The position numbers were made by a program, and so were the translations under genes. The notes beneath the pieces were generated by a model. That model was not told the DNA's origin, did not search any database, and saw only the letters and a program-made list of their open reading frames with translations. 64,000 nucleotides of DNA, taken from the NCBI GenBank assembly GCA_964016885.1, contig OZ024747.1, positions 47,802,001 to 47,866,000 on the forward strand, read 5' to 3'. The DNA comes from Eledone cirrhosa (lineage: Eukaryota). Shown here in pieces: positions 36,201 to 51,200 of the stretch; the stretch's first letter is position 1, and the number at the start of each line of letters is the position of its first letter.

Positions 36201-39200
36201 GCCCTCAGATAACATTTTGTCTGGGGATCTAACAATTCTGCCAATCCACTGTCCTTAGATAACAATTTGTCTGGCGATCTAACAATTCTGCCAATCCACT
36301 GCCCTCAAATAACATTTTGTCTGGCAATCCACTGTCCTTAGATAAAATTTTGTCTGAAGATGTAACAATTCTGCTAATCCACTGCCTTCATAACATTTTG
36401 TCTGGCAATCTAACAATTCGGCCAATCCACTGCTCTCAAATAACATTTTGTCTGGCGATCTAACAATTCTGCCAATCCACAGCCCTCAGATAACATTTTG
36501 TCTGGCCATCTAACAATTCTGCCAATCAAGTCCTTAGATAACATTTTGTCTGGGGATCTAACACTTCTGCCAATCCACTGTCCTTAGATAAGATTTTGTC
36601 TGGGGATCTAACAATTCTGCCAATCCACTGTCCTCATAACATTTTGTCTGGCAATCTAACAATTCTGCCATTCCACTGCCCTCAGATAACATTTTGTCTG
36701 GCAATCTAACAATTCTGCCAATCCACTGTCCTTAGATAACATTTTGTCTGGGAATCTAACAATTCTGCCAATCCACTGCCCTCAGATAACATTGTCTTGG
36801 ATCTAACAATTCTGCCAATCCACTGCCCTCAGATAACATTTTGTCTGGAGATCTAACAATTCTGCCAATCCACTGTCCTTAGATAACATTTTGTCTAGGG
36901 ATCTAACAATTCTGACAATCCACTGCCCTCATAACATTTTGTCTGGCAATCTAACAATTCTGCCAATCCACTGTCCTTAGATAACATTTTGTCTGGGTAT
37001 CTAACAATTCTGCCAATCCACTGCCCTCAGATAACATTTGTCTGGCAATCTAACAAATCTGAAAATCAACTGCCCTCAGACAACATTTTGTCTGGCAATG
37101 TAACAATTCTGCCAATCCACTGTCCTTAGATGACATTTTATCTGGGGATCTAACAATTCTGCAAATCCACTGCCCTCATATAAGATTTTGTGTGGGCATC
37201 TAACAATTCTGCCAATCCACTGTCCTTAGATAAGATTTTGTCTGGGGATCTAACAATTCTGCGATTCCACTGCCCTCAGATAACATATTGTCAGGCAATC
37301 TAACAATTCTGCCAATGCACTGTCCTTAGAGAACATTGTCTTGGATCTAACAATTCTGCCAAATCACTGACCTCAGATAACATTTTGTCTAGCAATCTAA
37401 CAATTCTGCCAATCCACTGTCCTTAGATAACATTTTGTCTGGCAATCTAACAATTCTGCCAATCCACTGTCCTTAGATAACATTTTGTCTGGGGATCTAA
37501 CAATTCTGCCAATCCACTGCCCTCAGATAACATTTTGTCTGGCAATCTAACAAATCTGCCAATGCACAGTCCTTAGAGAACATTGTCTTGGATCTAATAA
37601 TTCTGCCAATCCACTGACCTCAGATAACATTTTGTCTGGCAATCTAACAATTCTGCCAATCCACTGCCCTCAGATTACAATGTATTGGATCTAACAATTC
37701 TGCCAATCCAATGCCCTCAGATAACATTTTGTCTGGGGATCTAACAAATCTGCCAATCCACTGCCCTCAGATAACATTTTGTCTGGAGATCTAACAATTC
37801 TGCCAATCCAATGCCCTCAGATAACATTTTGTCTGGGGATCTAACAAATCTGCCAATCCACTGCCCTCAGATAACATTTTGTCTGGAGATCTAACAATTC
37901 TGCCAATCCACTGTCCTTAGATAACATTTTGTCTGGGGATCTAACAATTCTGACAATCCACTGCCCTCATAACATTTTGTCTGGCAATCTAACAATTCTG
38001 CCAATCCACTGTCCTTAGATAACATTTTGTCTGGGGATCAAACAATTCTGCCAATCCACTGTCCTTAGATAACATTTTATTTGGGTATCTAACAATTCTG
38101 CCAATCCACTGCCCTCAGATAACATTTGTCTGGCAATCTAACAATTATGAAAATCAACTGCCCTCATAAAATTTTGTCTGGCAATCTAACAATTCTGCCA
38201 TTCCACTGCCCTCATATAACATATTGTCTGGCAATCTAACAACTCTGCCAATGCACTGTCCTTAGAGAACATTGTCTTGGATCTAACAATTCTGCCAATC
38301 CACTGCCCTCAGATAACATTTTGTCTGGAAATCTAACAATTCTGAAATAAACTGCCCTCAGATAACATTTTATCTAGGGATCTAACAATTCTGCCAATCC
38401 ACTGCCCTCATATAACATTTTGTGTGGAGATCTAACAATTCGGCCAATCCACAAGCCTCAGATAACATTTTGTCTGGCAATCTAACAATTCTGCCAATCC
38501 ACTGCCCTCAGATAACATTTTGTCTGGGGATCTAACAATTCTGCCAATCCACTGTCCTTAGATAACAATTTGTCTGGCGATCTAACAATTCTGCCAATCC
38601 ACTGCCCTCAAATAACATTTTGTCTGGCAATCCACTGTCCTTAGATAAATTTTGTCTGAAGATGTAACAATTCTGCTAATCCACTGCCTTCATAACATTT
38701 TGTCTGGCAATCTAACAATTCGGCCAATCCACTGCTCTCAAATAACATTTTGTCTGGCGATCTAACAATTCTGCCAATCCACAGCCCTCAGATAACATTT
38801 TGTCTGGCCATCTAACAATTCTGCCAATCAAGTCCTTAGATAACATTTTGTCTGGGGATCTAACACTTCTGCCAATCCACTGTCCTTAGATAAGATTTTG
38901 TCTGGGGATCTAACAATTCTGCCAATCCACTGTCCTCATAACATTTTGTCTGGCAATCTAACAATTCTGCCATTCCACTGCCCTCAGATAACATTTTGTC
39001 TGGCAATCTAACAATTCTGCCAATCCACTGTCCTTAGATAACATTTTGTCTGGGAATCTAACAATTCTGCCAATCCACTGCCCTCAGATAACATTTGTCT
39101 GGCAATCTAACAAATCTGAAAATCAACTGCCCTCAGACAACATTTTGTCTGGCAATGTAACAATTCTGCCAATCCACTGTCCTTAGATGACATTTTATCT

Positions 39201-42200
39201 GGGGATCTAACAATTCTGCAAATCCACTGCCCTCATATAAGATTTTGTGTGGGCATCTAACAATTCTGCCAATCCACTGTCCTTAGATAAGATTTTGTCT
39301 GGGGATCTAACAATTCTGCGATTCCACTGCCCTCAGATAACATTTGTCTGGCAATCTAACAAATCTGAAAATCAACTGCCCTCAGACAACATTTTGTCTG
39401 GCAATGTAACAATTCTGCCAATCCACTGTCCTTAGATGACATTTTATCTGGGGATCTAACAATTCTGCAAATCCACTGCCCTCATATAAGATTTTGTGTG
39501 GGCATCTAACAATTCTGCCAATCCACTGTCCTTAGATAAGATTTTGTCTGGGGATCTAACAATTCTGCGATTCCACTGCCCTCAGATAACATATTGTCAG
39601 GCAATCTAACAATTCTGCCAATGCACTGTCCTTAGAGAACATTGTCTTGGATCTAACAATTCTGCCAAATCACTGACCTCAGATAACATTTTGTCTAGCA
39701 ATCTAACAATTCTGCCAATCCACTGTCCTTAGATAACATTTTGTCTGGCAATCTAACAATTCTGCCAATCCACTGTCCTTAGATAACATTTTGTCTGGGG
39801 ATCTAACAATTCTGCCAATCCACTGCCCTCAGATAACATTTTGTCTGGCAATCTAACAAATCTGCCAATGCACAGTCCTTAGAGAACATTGTCTTGGATC
39901 TAATAATTCTGCCAATCCACTGACCTCAGATAACATTTTGTCTGGCAATCTAACAATTCTGCCAATCCACTGCCCTCAGATTACAATGTATTGGATCTAA
40001 CAATTCTGCCAATCCAATGCCCTCAGATAACATTTTGTCTGGGGATCTAACAAATCTGCCAATCCACTGCCCTCAGATAACATTTTGTCTGGAGATCTAA
40101 CAATTCTGCCAATCCACTGTCCTTAGATAACATTTTGTCTGGGGATCTAACAATTCTGACAATCCACTGCCCTCATAACATTTTGTCTGGCAATCTAACA
40201 ATTCTGCCAATCCACTGTCCTTAGATAACATTTTGTCTGGGGATCAAACAATTCTGCCAATCCACTGTCCTTAGATAACATTTTGTTTGGGTATCTAACA
40301 ATTCTGCCAATCCACTGCCCTCAGATAACATTTGTCTGGCAATCTAACAATTCTGAAAATCAACTCCCCTCAGACAACATTTTGTCTGGCAATCTAACAA
40401 TTCTGCCATTCCACTGCCCTCAGATAACATATTGTCTGGCAATCTAACAATTCTGCCAATGCACTGTCCTTAGAGAACATTGTCTTGGATCTAACAATTC
40501 TGCCAATCCACTGCCCTCAGATAACATTTTGTCTGGAAATCTAACAATTCTGAAATAAACTGCCCTCAGATAACATTTTATCTGGGGATCTAACAATTCT
40601 GCCAATCCACTGCCCTCATATAACATTTTGTGTGGAGATCTAACAATTCGGCCAATCCACAAGCCTCAGGTAACATTTTGTCTGGCAATCTAACAATTCT
40701 GCCAATCCACTGTCCTTAGATAACATTTTGTCTGGGGATCTAAAAATTCTTCAAATCCACTGCCCTCATATAAAATTTTGTTTGGGTATCTAACAATTCT
40801 GCCAATCCACTGTCCTCATAAAATTTTGTCTGGCAATCTAACAATTCTGCCATTCCACTGCCCTCAGATAACATTGTCTGGCAATCTAACAATTCTGCCA
40901 ATGCACTATCCTTAGAGAACATTGTCTTGGATCTAACAATTCTGCCAATCCAATGCCCTCAGATAACATTTTGTCTGGGGATCTAACAATTCTGCCAATC
41001 CACTGCCCTCAGATAACATTTTGTCTGGAAATCTAACAATTCTGAAAAAAACTGCCCTCAGATAACATTTTATCTGGGGATCTAACAATTCTGCCAATCC
41101 ACTGCCCTCATATAACATTTTGTGTGGAGATCTAACAATTCGGCCGATCCACAATCCTCAGGTAACATTTTGTCTGGCAATCTAACAATTCTGCCAATCC
41201 ACTGTCCTTAGATAACATATTGTCTGGCAATCTAACAATTCTGCCAATCCACTGTCCTTAGATAACATTTTGTCTGGGGATCTAACAATTCTGCCAATCC
41301 ACTGCCCTCATAACATTTTGTCTGGCAATCTAAGAATTCTGCCAATCCACTGCCCTCAGATAACATTGTCTTGGATCTAACAATTCTGCCAATCCACTGC
41401 CCTCAGATAACAATGTATTGGATCTAACAATTCTGCCAATCCAATGCCCTCAGATAACATTTTGTCTGGCGAGCTAACAATTCTACCAATCAACTGCCCT
41501 CATAACATTTTGTCTGGCAATCTAACAATTCTACCAATCCACTGGCCTCGGCTAACATTTTGCGTGGGATCTAACAATTCTGCTAATCCACTGCCGTCAC
41601 ATAACATTTTGTTTGGGGATCTAACAATTCTGCCAATCCACTGCCCGAAGATGACATTTTGTCTGGCAATCTAACAATTCTGCCAATCCACTGCCCTCAT
41701 ATAACATTTTGTGTAAGGATCTAACAATTCTGCCAATCAACTGCCCTCAGATAACATTTTGTCTGGCAATCTAATAATTCTGAAAATCAACTGCCCTCAG
41801 ATAACATTTTGTCTGGAAATCTAACAATTCTGCCAATCCACTGCCCTCATATAACATTTTATGTGGAGATCTAACAATTTGGCCAATCCACAAGCCTCAG
41901 ATAACATTTTGTCTGGCAATCTAACAATTCTGCCAATCCACTGTCCTTAGATAACATTTTGTCTGGCAATCAAACAATTCTGCCAATCCACTGTCTTTAG
42001 ATAACATTTTGTCTGGAGATCTAACAATTCTGCCAATCCACTGTCCTTATGAGATTTTGTCTGGGGATCTAACAATTCTGCCAATCCACTGCCCTCATAA
42101 CATTTTGTCTGGCAATCTAACAAATCTACCAAAGCACAGTCCTTAGAGAACATTGTCTTGGATCTAACAATTCTGCAAATCCACTGACCTCAGATAACAT

Positions 42201-45200
42201 TTTGTCTGGCAATCTAACAATTCTGAAAATCAACTGACCTCAGATAACATTTGATCTGGCAATCTAACAATTCTGCCATTCCACTGTCCTTAGATGACAT
42301 TTTGTCTGGCAACCTAACAATTCGGCCATTCCACTGCTCTCAAATAACATTTTGTCTGGCAATCTAACAATTCTGTCAATCCACTGTCCTTAGATAACAT
42401 TTTGTCTGGGATTCTAACAATTCTGCCAATCCACTGCCCTCAGATAACATTTTCTCTGGCAATCTAACAATTCTGAACATTAACTGCCCTCAGATAACAT
42501 TTTGTCTGGCAATCTAACAATTCTGCCAATCCACTGTCCTTAGATAACATTTTGTTTGGGGATCTAACAATTCTGCCAATCCACTGTCCTTACATAACAT
42601 TTTGTTTGGAGATCTAACAATTATGCCAATGCACTGTCCTTAGTGAACATTGTCTTGGATCTAACAATTCTGCCAATCCACTGACCTCAGATAACATTTT
42701 GTCTGGCAATCTAACCATTCTGCCAATCCACTGTCCTTAGATAACATTTTGTCTGGGGATCTAACAATTCTGCCAATCCAATGCCCTCAGATCTAACAAT
42801 TCTTCCAATCCACTGCCTTCAGATAACATTTTGATTGGCAATCTAACAATTCTGCCAATCCACTGTCCTTAGATAACATTTTGTCTGGGGATCTAACAAT
42901 TCTGACAATCCACTGCCCTCATAACATTTTGTCTGACAATCTAACAATTCTGCCATTCCACTGCCCTCAGATAACATTTTGTCTGGCAATCTAACAAATC
43001 TGCCAATGCACAGTCCTTAGAGAACATTGTCTTGGATCTAACAATTCTGCCAATCCACTGACCTCAGATAACATTTTGTCTGGCAATCTAACAATTCTGC
43101 CAATCCACTGCCCTCAGATAACATTGTCTTGGATCTAACAATTCTGCCAATCCACTGCCCTTAGAGAACATTGTCTTGGATCTAACAATTCTGCCAATCC
43201 AATGCCCTCAGATAACATTTTGTCTGGGGATCTAACAAATCTGCCAATCCACTGCCCTCAGATAACATTTTGTCTGGCAATCTAAAAATTCTACCAATCC
43301 ACTGTCCTCAGATAACATTTTGTCAGGGATCTAACAATTCTGCCAATCCACTGCCCTCAGATAACATTTTGCGTGGGATCTAACAATTCTGCTAATCCAC
43401 TGCCCTCATCACATTTTGTTTGGCAATCTAACAATTCTGCTAATCCACTGCCCTCAGATAACATTTTGTTTGGGGATCTAACAATTCTGCCAATCCACTG
43501 TCCTTATATAACATTTTGTCTGGGGATCTAACAATTCTGTTAATCAAAACCCCTCACATAACATTTTGTCTGGGATCTAACAATTCTGCCAATCCACTGC
43601 CCGAAGATGACATTTTGTCTGGCAATCTAACAATTCTGCCAATCCACTGCCCTCATATAACATTTTGTGTAAGGATCTAACAATTCTGCTAATCAACTGC
43701 CCTCAGATAACATTTTGTCTGGCAATCTAATAATTCTGAAAATCAACTGCCCTCATATAACATTTTATGTGGAGATCTAACAATTTGGCCAATCCACAAG
43801 CCTCAGATAACATTTTGTCTGGCAATCTAACAATTCTGCCAATCCACTGTCCTTACAGAACATTTTGTCTGGCAATCAAACAATTCTGCCAATCCACTGT
43901 CTTTAGATAACATTTTGTCTGGAGATCTAACAATTCTGCCAATCCACTGTCCTTATGAGATTTTGTCTGGGGATCTAACAATTCTGTTAATCAAAACCCC
44001 TCACATAACATTTTGTCTTGGATCTAACAATTCTGCCAATCCACTGACCTCAGATAACATTTTGTCTGGCAATCTAAAAATTCTACCAATCCACTGTCCT
44101 CAGATAACATTTTGTAAGGGATCTAACAATTCTGCCAATCCACTGCCCTCAGATAACATTTTGCGTGGGATCTAACAATTCTGCTAATCCACTGCCCTCA
44201 TCACATTTTGTTTGGCAATCTAACAATTCTGCCAATCCACTGCCCTCAGATAACATTTTATTTGGGGATCTAACAATTCTGCCAATCCACTGTCCTTAGA
44301 TAACATTTTGTCTGGGGATCTAACAATTCTGCTAATCCACTGCCCTCACATAACATTTTGTCTGGGATCTAACAATTCTGCCAATCCATTGCCCTCATAA
44401 CATTTTGTCTGGCAATCTAACAATTATGCCAGTCCATTGTCCTTAGATAACATTTTGTCTGGGATTCTAACAATTCTGCCAATCCACTGCCTTCAGATAA
44501 CATTGTCTTGGATCTAACAATTCTGCCAACCCAATGCCCTCAGATAACATTTTGTCTGGGGATCTAACAATTATGCCAATCCACTGCCTTGAGATAACAT
44601 TTTGTTTGGCAATCTAATAATTCTGGCAATCCACTGCCTTCAGATAACATTTTGTCTGGCGATCTAACAGTTCTGCCAATCCACTGCCCACACATAACAT
44701 TTTGTCTGTCAATCTAACAATTATGCCAATCCACTGTCCTTAGATAACATTTTGTCTGGGGATCTAACAATTCTGCCAATCCACTGCCCTCAGATAACAT
44801 TTTGTCTGGGGATCTAACGATTCTGCGAATCAACTGCCCTCAGATAACATTTTGTTTGGGGATCGAACGATTCTGCGAATCAACTGCCCTCAGATAACAT
44901 TTTGTTTGGGGATCTAACAATTCTGCCAATCCACTGCCCTTAGATAACATTTTCTCTGGGGGTCTAACAATTTTGCCAATCCACTGGCCTCAGATAACAT
45001 TTTGTCTGGGGATCTAACAATTCTGCAAATCCAGTCTTAGATAACATTTTGTCTGGCGATCTCACAGTTCTGCCAATCCACTGCCTACACAACATTGTCT
45101 GCCAATCCAGTCCTTAGATAACATTTTGTTTGGCAATCTAACAATTCTGCCAATCCACTGTCCTTAGATAACATTTTGTCTGGCAATCTAACAATTCTGC

Positions 45201-48200
45201 CAATCCACTGCCCTCAGATAACATTTTGTCTGGGGATCTAACAATTCTGCCAATCAACTGCCCTCAGATAACATTTTGTGTGGGGATCTAACAATTCTGC
45301 CAATCCACTTGCCTCAGATAATATTTTGTCTGGGAATCTAACAATTCTGCCAATCCATTGCCCTCAGAAAACATTGTCTGGGGATCTAACAATTCTGCCA
45401 ATCAACTGACCTCAGATAACATTTTGTGTGGGAATCTAACAATTCTGCCAATCCACTGTCCTTAGATAAGATTTTGTCTGGGGATCTAACAATTCTGCCA
45501 ATTCACTGCTCCAATATAACATTTTGTGTGGGGATCTAACAATTCTGCCAATCAACTGCCCTCATAACATTTTGTTTGGGGATCTAACAATTCTGCCAAT
45601 CCACTGTCCTTAGATAACCTTTTGTCAGGGTATCTAACAATTCTGCCAATCCACTGTCCTTAGATAACGTTTTGTCTAGGGATCTAACAATTCTGACAAT
45701 CCACTGTCTTTAGATAAGATTTTGTCTGGGGATCTAACAATTCTGCCAATCCAGTCCTTAGATAACATTTTGTCTGGCAATCGGACAATTCTGCCAATCC
45801 ACTGCCCTTAAATAAGATTTTGTCTGGCACTCCACAGCTCTTAGATAACATTTTGTCTGGGGATCTAACAAATCTGCCAATCCACTGCCCTCAGATAACA
45901 TTTTGTCTGGCGATCTAACAATTCTGCTAATCAACTGCCCTCAGATAATATTTTGTTTGGGGATCTAACGATTCTGCGAATCAACTGCCCTCAGATAAAA
46001 TTTTGTTAGGGGATCTAACAATTCTGACAATCCACTGTCCTTAGAAAACATTTTGCGTGGGGATCTAACAATTCTTCTAATCCTCTGCCCTCAGATAACA
46101 TTTTGTCTGGCAATCTAACAATTCTGCCAATCTACTGTCCTTAGATAACATTTTGACTGGCAATCTAACAATTCTGCCAATCCACTGTCCTTAGATAACA
46201 TTTCGTCTGGGGATCTAACAATTCTGCCAATCCACTGTCCTTAGATAACATTTTGTCTGGGGATCTAACAATTGTGCCAATCCACTGTCCTTAGATAACA
46301 TTTTGACGGGGATCTCACGATTCTGCGAATCAACTGCCCTCAGATAACATTTTGTTTGGGGATCTAACGATTCTGCGAATCAACTGCCCTCAGATATCAT
46401 TTTGTTTGGGGATCTAACAATTCTGCCAATGCACTGCCCTTAGATAAGATTTTCTCTGGGGATCTAACAATTCTGCCAATGCACTGGCCTCAGATAACAT
46501 TTTGTCTGGGGATCTAACAATTCTGCCAATCCACTGTCCTTAGATAACATTTTGTCTGGGGATCTAACAATTCTGCCAATCCACTGTCCTTAGATAACAT
46601 TTTGTCTGGGGATCTAACAATTCTGTAAATTCACTCTCTCAGATAACATTTTGTCTGGTAATCTAACAATTCTGCCAATCCACTGCCTACACATAACATT
46701 TTGTCTGCCAATCCAGTCCTTAGATAACATTTTGTCTGGCAATCTAACAATTCTGCCAATCCACTGTACTTAGATAACATTTTGTCTGCCAATCTAACAA
46801 TTCTGCCAATCCACTGCCCTCAGATAACATTTTGTCTGGGGATCTAACAATTCTGCCAATCCATTGCCCTCAGATAACGTTTTGTCTGGTAATCTAACAA
46901 TTCTGCCAATCCACTGTCCTTAGAAAACATTTTGCGTGGGGATCTAACAATTCTTCTAATCCACTGCCCTCAGATAACATTTCGTCTGGCAATCTAACAA
47001 TGCTGCCAATCTACTGTCCTTAGATAACATTTTGTCTGGCAATCTAACAATTCTGCCAATCCACTGTCCTTAGATAACATTTTGTGTGGGAATCTAACAA
47101 TTCTGCCAATTAACTGCCCTTAGATAACATTTTGTTTGGGAATCTAACAATTCTGCCAAACCACTGTCCTTAGATAACCTTTTGTCTGGGATCTAACAAT
47201 TCTGCCAATCCACTGTCCTAAGATAACGTTTTGTCTAGGGATCTAACAATTCTGCCAATCCACTGTCTTTAGATAAAGATTTTGTCTGGGGATCTAACAA
47301 TTCTGCCAATCCCCTGTCCTTAAATAACATTTTGTCTGGCAATCTAACAATTCTGCCAATCCACTGCCCTCAGATTTTTTTTCTGGGAATCTAACTATTC
47401 TGCCATTCCACAAGCCTCAGATAACATTTTGTCTGGGGATCTAACAATTCTGCCAATCCATTGCCCTTAGATATTTTGTCTGGGGATCTAACAATTCTGT
47501 CAATCCACTGTCCTTAGATAACATTTTGTCTGGGGATCTAACAATTCTGCCAATCCACTGCCCTCAGATAACATTTTGTTTGGGGATCTAAAGATTCTGC
47601 GAATCAACTGCCCTCAGATAACATTTTGTTTGGGGATGTAACGATTCTGCCAATCCACTGCCTACACATAACATTTTGTCTGCCAATCCAGTCCTTAGAT
47701 AACAATTTGTCTGACAATGTAACAATTCTGCCAATCCACTGTCCTTAGATAACATTTTGTCTGGGGATCTAACGATTCTGCGAATCAACTGCCCTCAGAT
47801 AACATTTTGTTTGAGGATCGAACGATTCTGCGAATCAACTGCCCTCAGTTAAAATTTTGTTTGGTGATCTAACAATTCTGCCAATCCACTGCCCTTAGAT
47901 AACATTTTCTCTGGGGGTCTAACAATTCTGCCAATCCACTGGCCTCAGATAACATTTTGTCTGGGGATCTAACAATTCTGCAAATCCAGTCTTAGATAAC
48001 ATTTTGTCTGGCGATCTCACAGTTCTGCCAATCCACTGCCTACACAACATTGTCTGCCAATCCAGTCCTTAGATAACATTTTGTCTGGCAATCTAACAAT
48101 TCTGCCAATCCACTGCCCTCAGATAACATTTTGTCTGGGGATCTAACAATTCTGCCAATCAACTGCCCTCAGATAACATTTTGTGTGGGGATCTAACAAT

Positions 48201-51200
48201 TCTGCCAATCCACTTGCCTCAGATATTTTGTCTGGGAATCTAACAATTCTGCCAATCCATTGCCCTCAGAAAACCTTGTCTGGGGATCTAACAATTCTGC
48301 CAATCAACTGACCTCAGATAACATTTTGTGTGGGAATCTAACAATTCTGCCAATCCACTGTCCTTAAATAAGATTTTGTCTGGGGATCTAACAATTCTGC
48401 CAATTCACTGCTCCAATATAACATTTTGTGTGGGGATCTAACAATTCTGCCAATCAACTGCCCTCATAACATTTTGTCTGGGCATCTAACAATTCTGCCA
48501 ATCCACTGTCCTTAGATAACGTTTTGTCTAGGGATCTAACAATTCTGACAATCCACTGTCTTTAGATAAGATTTTGTCTGGGGATCTAACAATTCTGCCA
48601 ATCCAGTCCTTAGATAACATTTTGTCTGGCAATCGGACAATTCTGCCAATCCACTGCCCTTAAATAAGATTTTGTCTGGCACTCCACAGTTCTTAGATAA
48701 CATTTTGTCTGGGGATCTAACAAATCTGCCAATCCACTGCCCTCAGATAACATTTTGTCTGGCGATCTAACAATTCTGCTAATCAACTGCCCTCAGATAA
48801 TATTTTGTTTGGGGATCTAACGATTCTGCGAATCAACTGCCCTCAAATAAAATTTTGTTAGGGGATCTAACAATTCTGACAATCCACTGTCCTTAGAAAA
48901 CATTTTGCGTGGGGATCTAACAATTCTTCTAATCCACTGCCCTCAGATAACATTTTGTCTGGCAATCTAACAATTCTGCCAATCTACTGTCCTTAGATAA
49001 CATTTTGACTGGCAATCTAACAATTCTGCCAATCCACTGTCCTTAGATAACATTTCGTCTGGGGATCTAACAATTCTGCCAATCCACTGTCCTTAGATAA
49101 CATTTTGTCTGGGGATCTAACAATTCTGCCAATCCACTGTCCTTAGATAACATTTTGACGGGGATCTCACGATTCTGCGAATCAACTGCCCTCAGATAAC
49201 ATTTTGTTTGGGGATCTAACGATTCTGCGAATCAACTGCCCTCAGTTATCATTTTGTTTGGGGATCTAACAATTCTGCCAATGCACTGCCCTTAGATAAG
49301 ATTTTCTCTGGGGATCTAACAATTCTGCCAATCCACTGGCCTCAGATAACATTTTGTCTGGGGATCTAACAATTCTGCCAATCCACTGTCCTTAGATAAC
49401 ATTTTGTCTGGGGATCTAACAATTCTGCCAATCCACTGTCCTTAGATAACATTTTGTCTGGGGATCTAACAATTCTGTAAATTCACTCTCTCAGATGACA
49501 TTTTGTCTGGTAATCTAACAATTCTGCCAATCCACTGCCCTCAGATAACATTTTGTCTGGCGATCTAACAGTTCTGCCAATCCACTGCCTACACATAACA
49601 TTTTGTCTGCCAATCCAGTCCTTAGATAACATTTTGTCTGGCAATCTAACAATTCTGCCAATCCACTGTACTTAGATAACATTTTGTCTGCCAATCTAAC
49701 AATTCTGCCAATCCACTGCCCTCAGATAACATTTTGTCTGGGGATCTAACAATTCTGCCAATCCACTGTCCTTAGAAAACATTTTGCGTGGGGATCTAAC
49801 AATTCTTCTAATCCACTGCCCTCAGATAACATTTTGTCTGGCAATCTAACAATGCTGCCAATCCACTGTCCTTAGATAACATTTTGTCTGGCAATCTAAC
49901 AATTCTGCCAATCCACTGCCCTCATATAACATTTTGTGTGGGAATCTAACAATTCTGCCAATTAACTGCCCTTAGATAACATTTTGTTTGGGAATCTAAC
50001 AATTCTGCCAATCCACTGTCCTTAGATAACCTTTTGTCTGGGATCTAACAATTCTGCCAATCCACTGTCCTAAGATAACGTTTTGTCTAGGGATCTAACA
50101 ATTCTGCCAATCCACTGTCTTTAGATAAAGATTTTGTCTGGGGATCTAACAATTCTGCCCATCCCCTGTCCTTAAATAACATTTTGTCTGGCAATCTAAC
50201 AATTCTGCCAATCCACTGCCCTCAGATATTTTTTCTGGGAATCGAACTATTCTGCCATTCCACAAGCCTCAGATAACATTTTGTCTGGGGATCTAACAAT
50301 TCTGCCAATCCATTGCCCTTAGATATTTTGTCTGGGGATCTAACAATTCTGTCAATCCACTGTCCTTAGATAACATTTTGTCTGGGGATCTAACAATTCT
50401 GCCAATCCACTGCCCTCAGATAACATTTTGTTTGGGGATCTAAAGATTCTGCGAATCAACTGCCCTTAGATAACATTTTGTTTGGGGATGTAACGATTCT
50501 GCCAATCCACTGCCTACACATAACATTTTGTCTGGCAATCTAACAATTCTGCCAATCCACTGCCCTCAGATAACATTTTGTTTGGGGATCTAACGATTCT
50601 GCGAATCAACTGCCCTCAAATAACATTTTGTTTGAGGATCGAACGATTCTGCGAATCAACTGCCCTCAGTTAAAATTTTGTTTGGTGATCTAACAATTCT
50701 GCCAATCCACTGCCCTTAGATAACATTTTCTCTGGGGATCTAACAATTCTGCCAATCCACTGGCCTCAGATAACATTTTGTCTGGGGATCTAACAATTCT
50801 GCAAATCCACTGTCCTTAGATAACATTTTATCTGTGGATCTAACAATTCTGCCAATCCACTGTCCTTAGATAACATTTTGTCTGGGGATCTAACAATTCT
50901 TCCAATCCACTGCCCTCAGATAACAATTTTGTCTGGCCATCTAACAGTTCTTCCAATCCACTGCCTACACATAACATTTTGTCTGGCAATCTAACAATTC
51001 TGCCAATCCACTGTCCTTAGATAACATTTTGTCTGGCAATCTAACAATTCTGCCAATCCACTGCCCTCAGATAACATTTTGTCTGGGGATCTAACAATTC
51101 TGCCAATCAACTGCCCTCAGATAACATTTTGTGTGGGGATCTAACAATTCTGACAATCAACTGCCCTCAGGTAACATTTTGTTTGGGGATCTAACAATTC

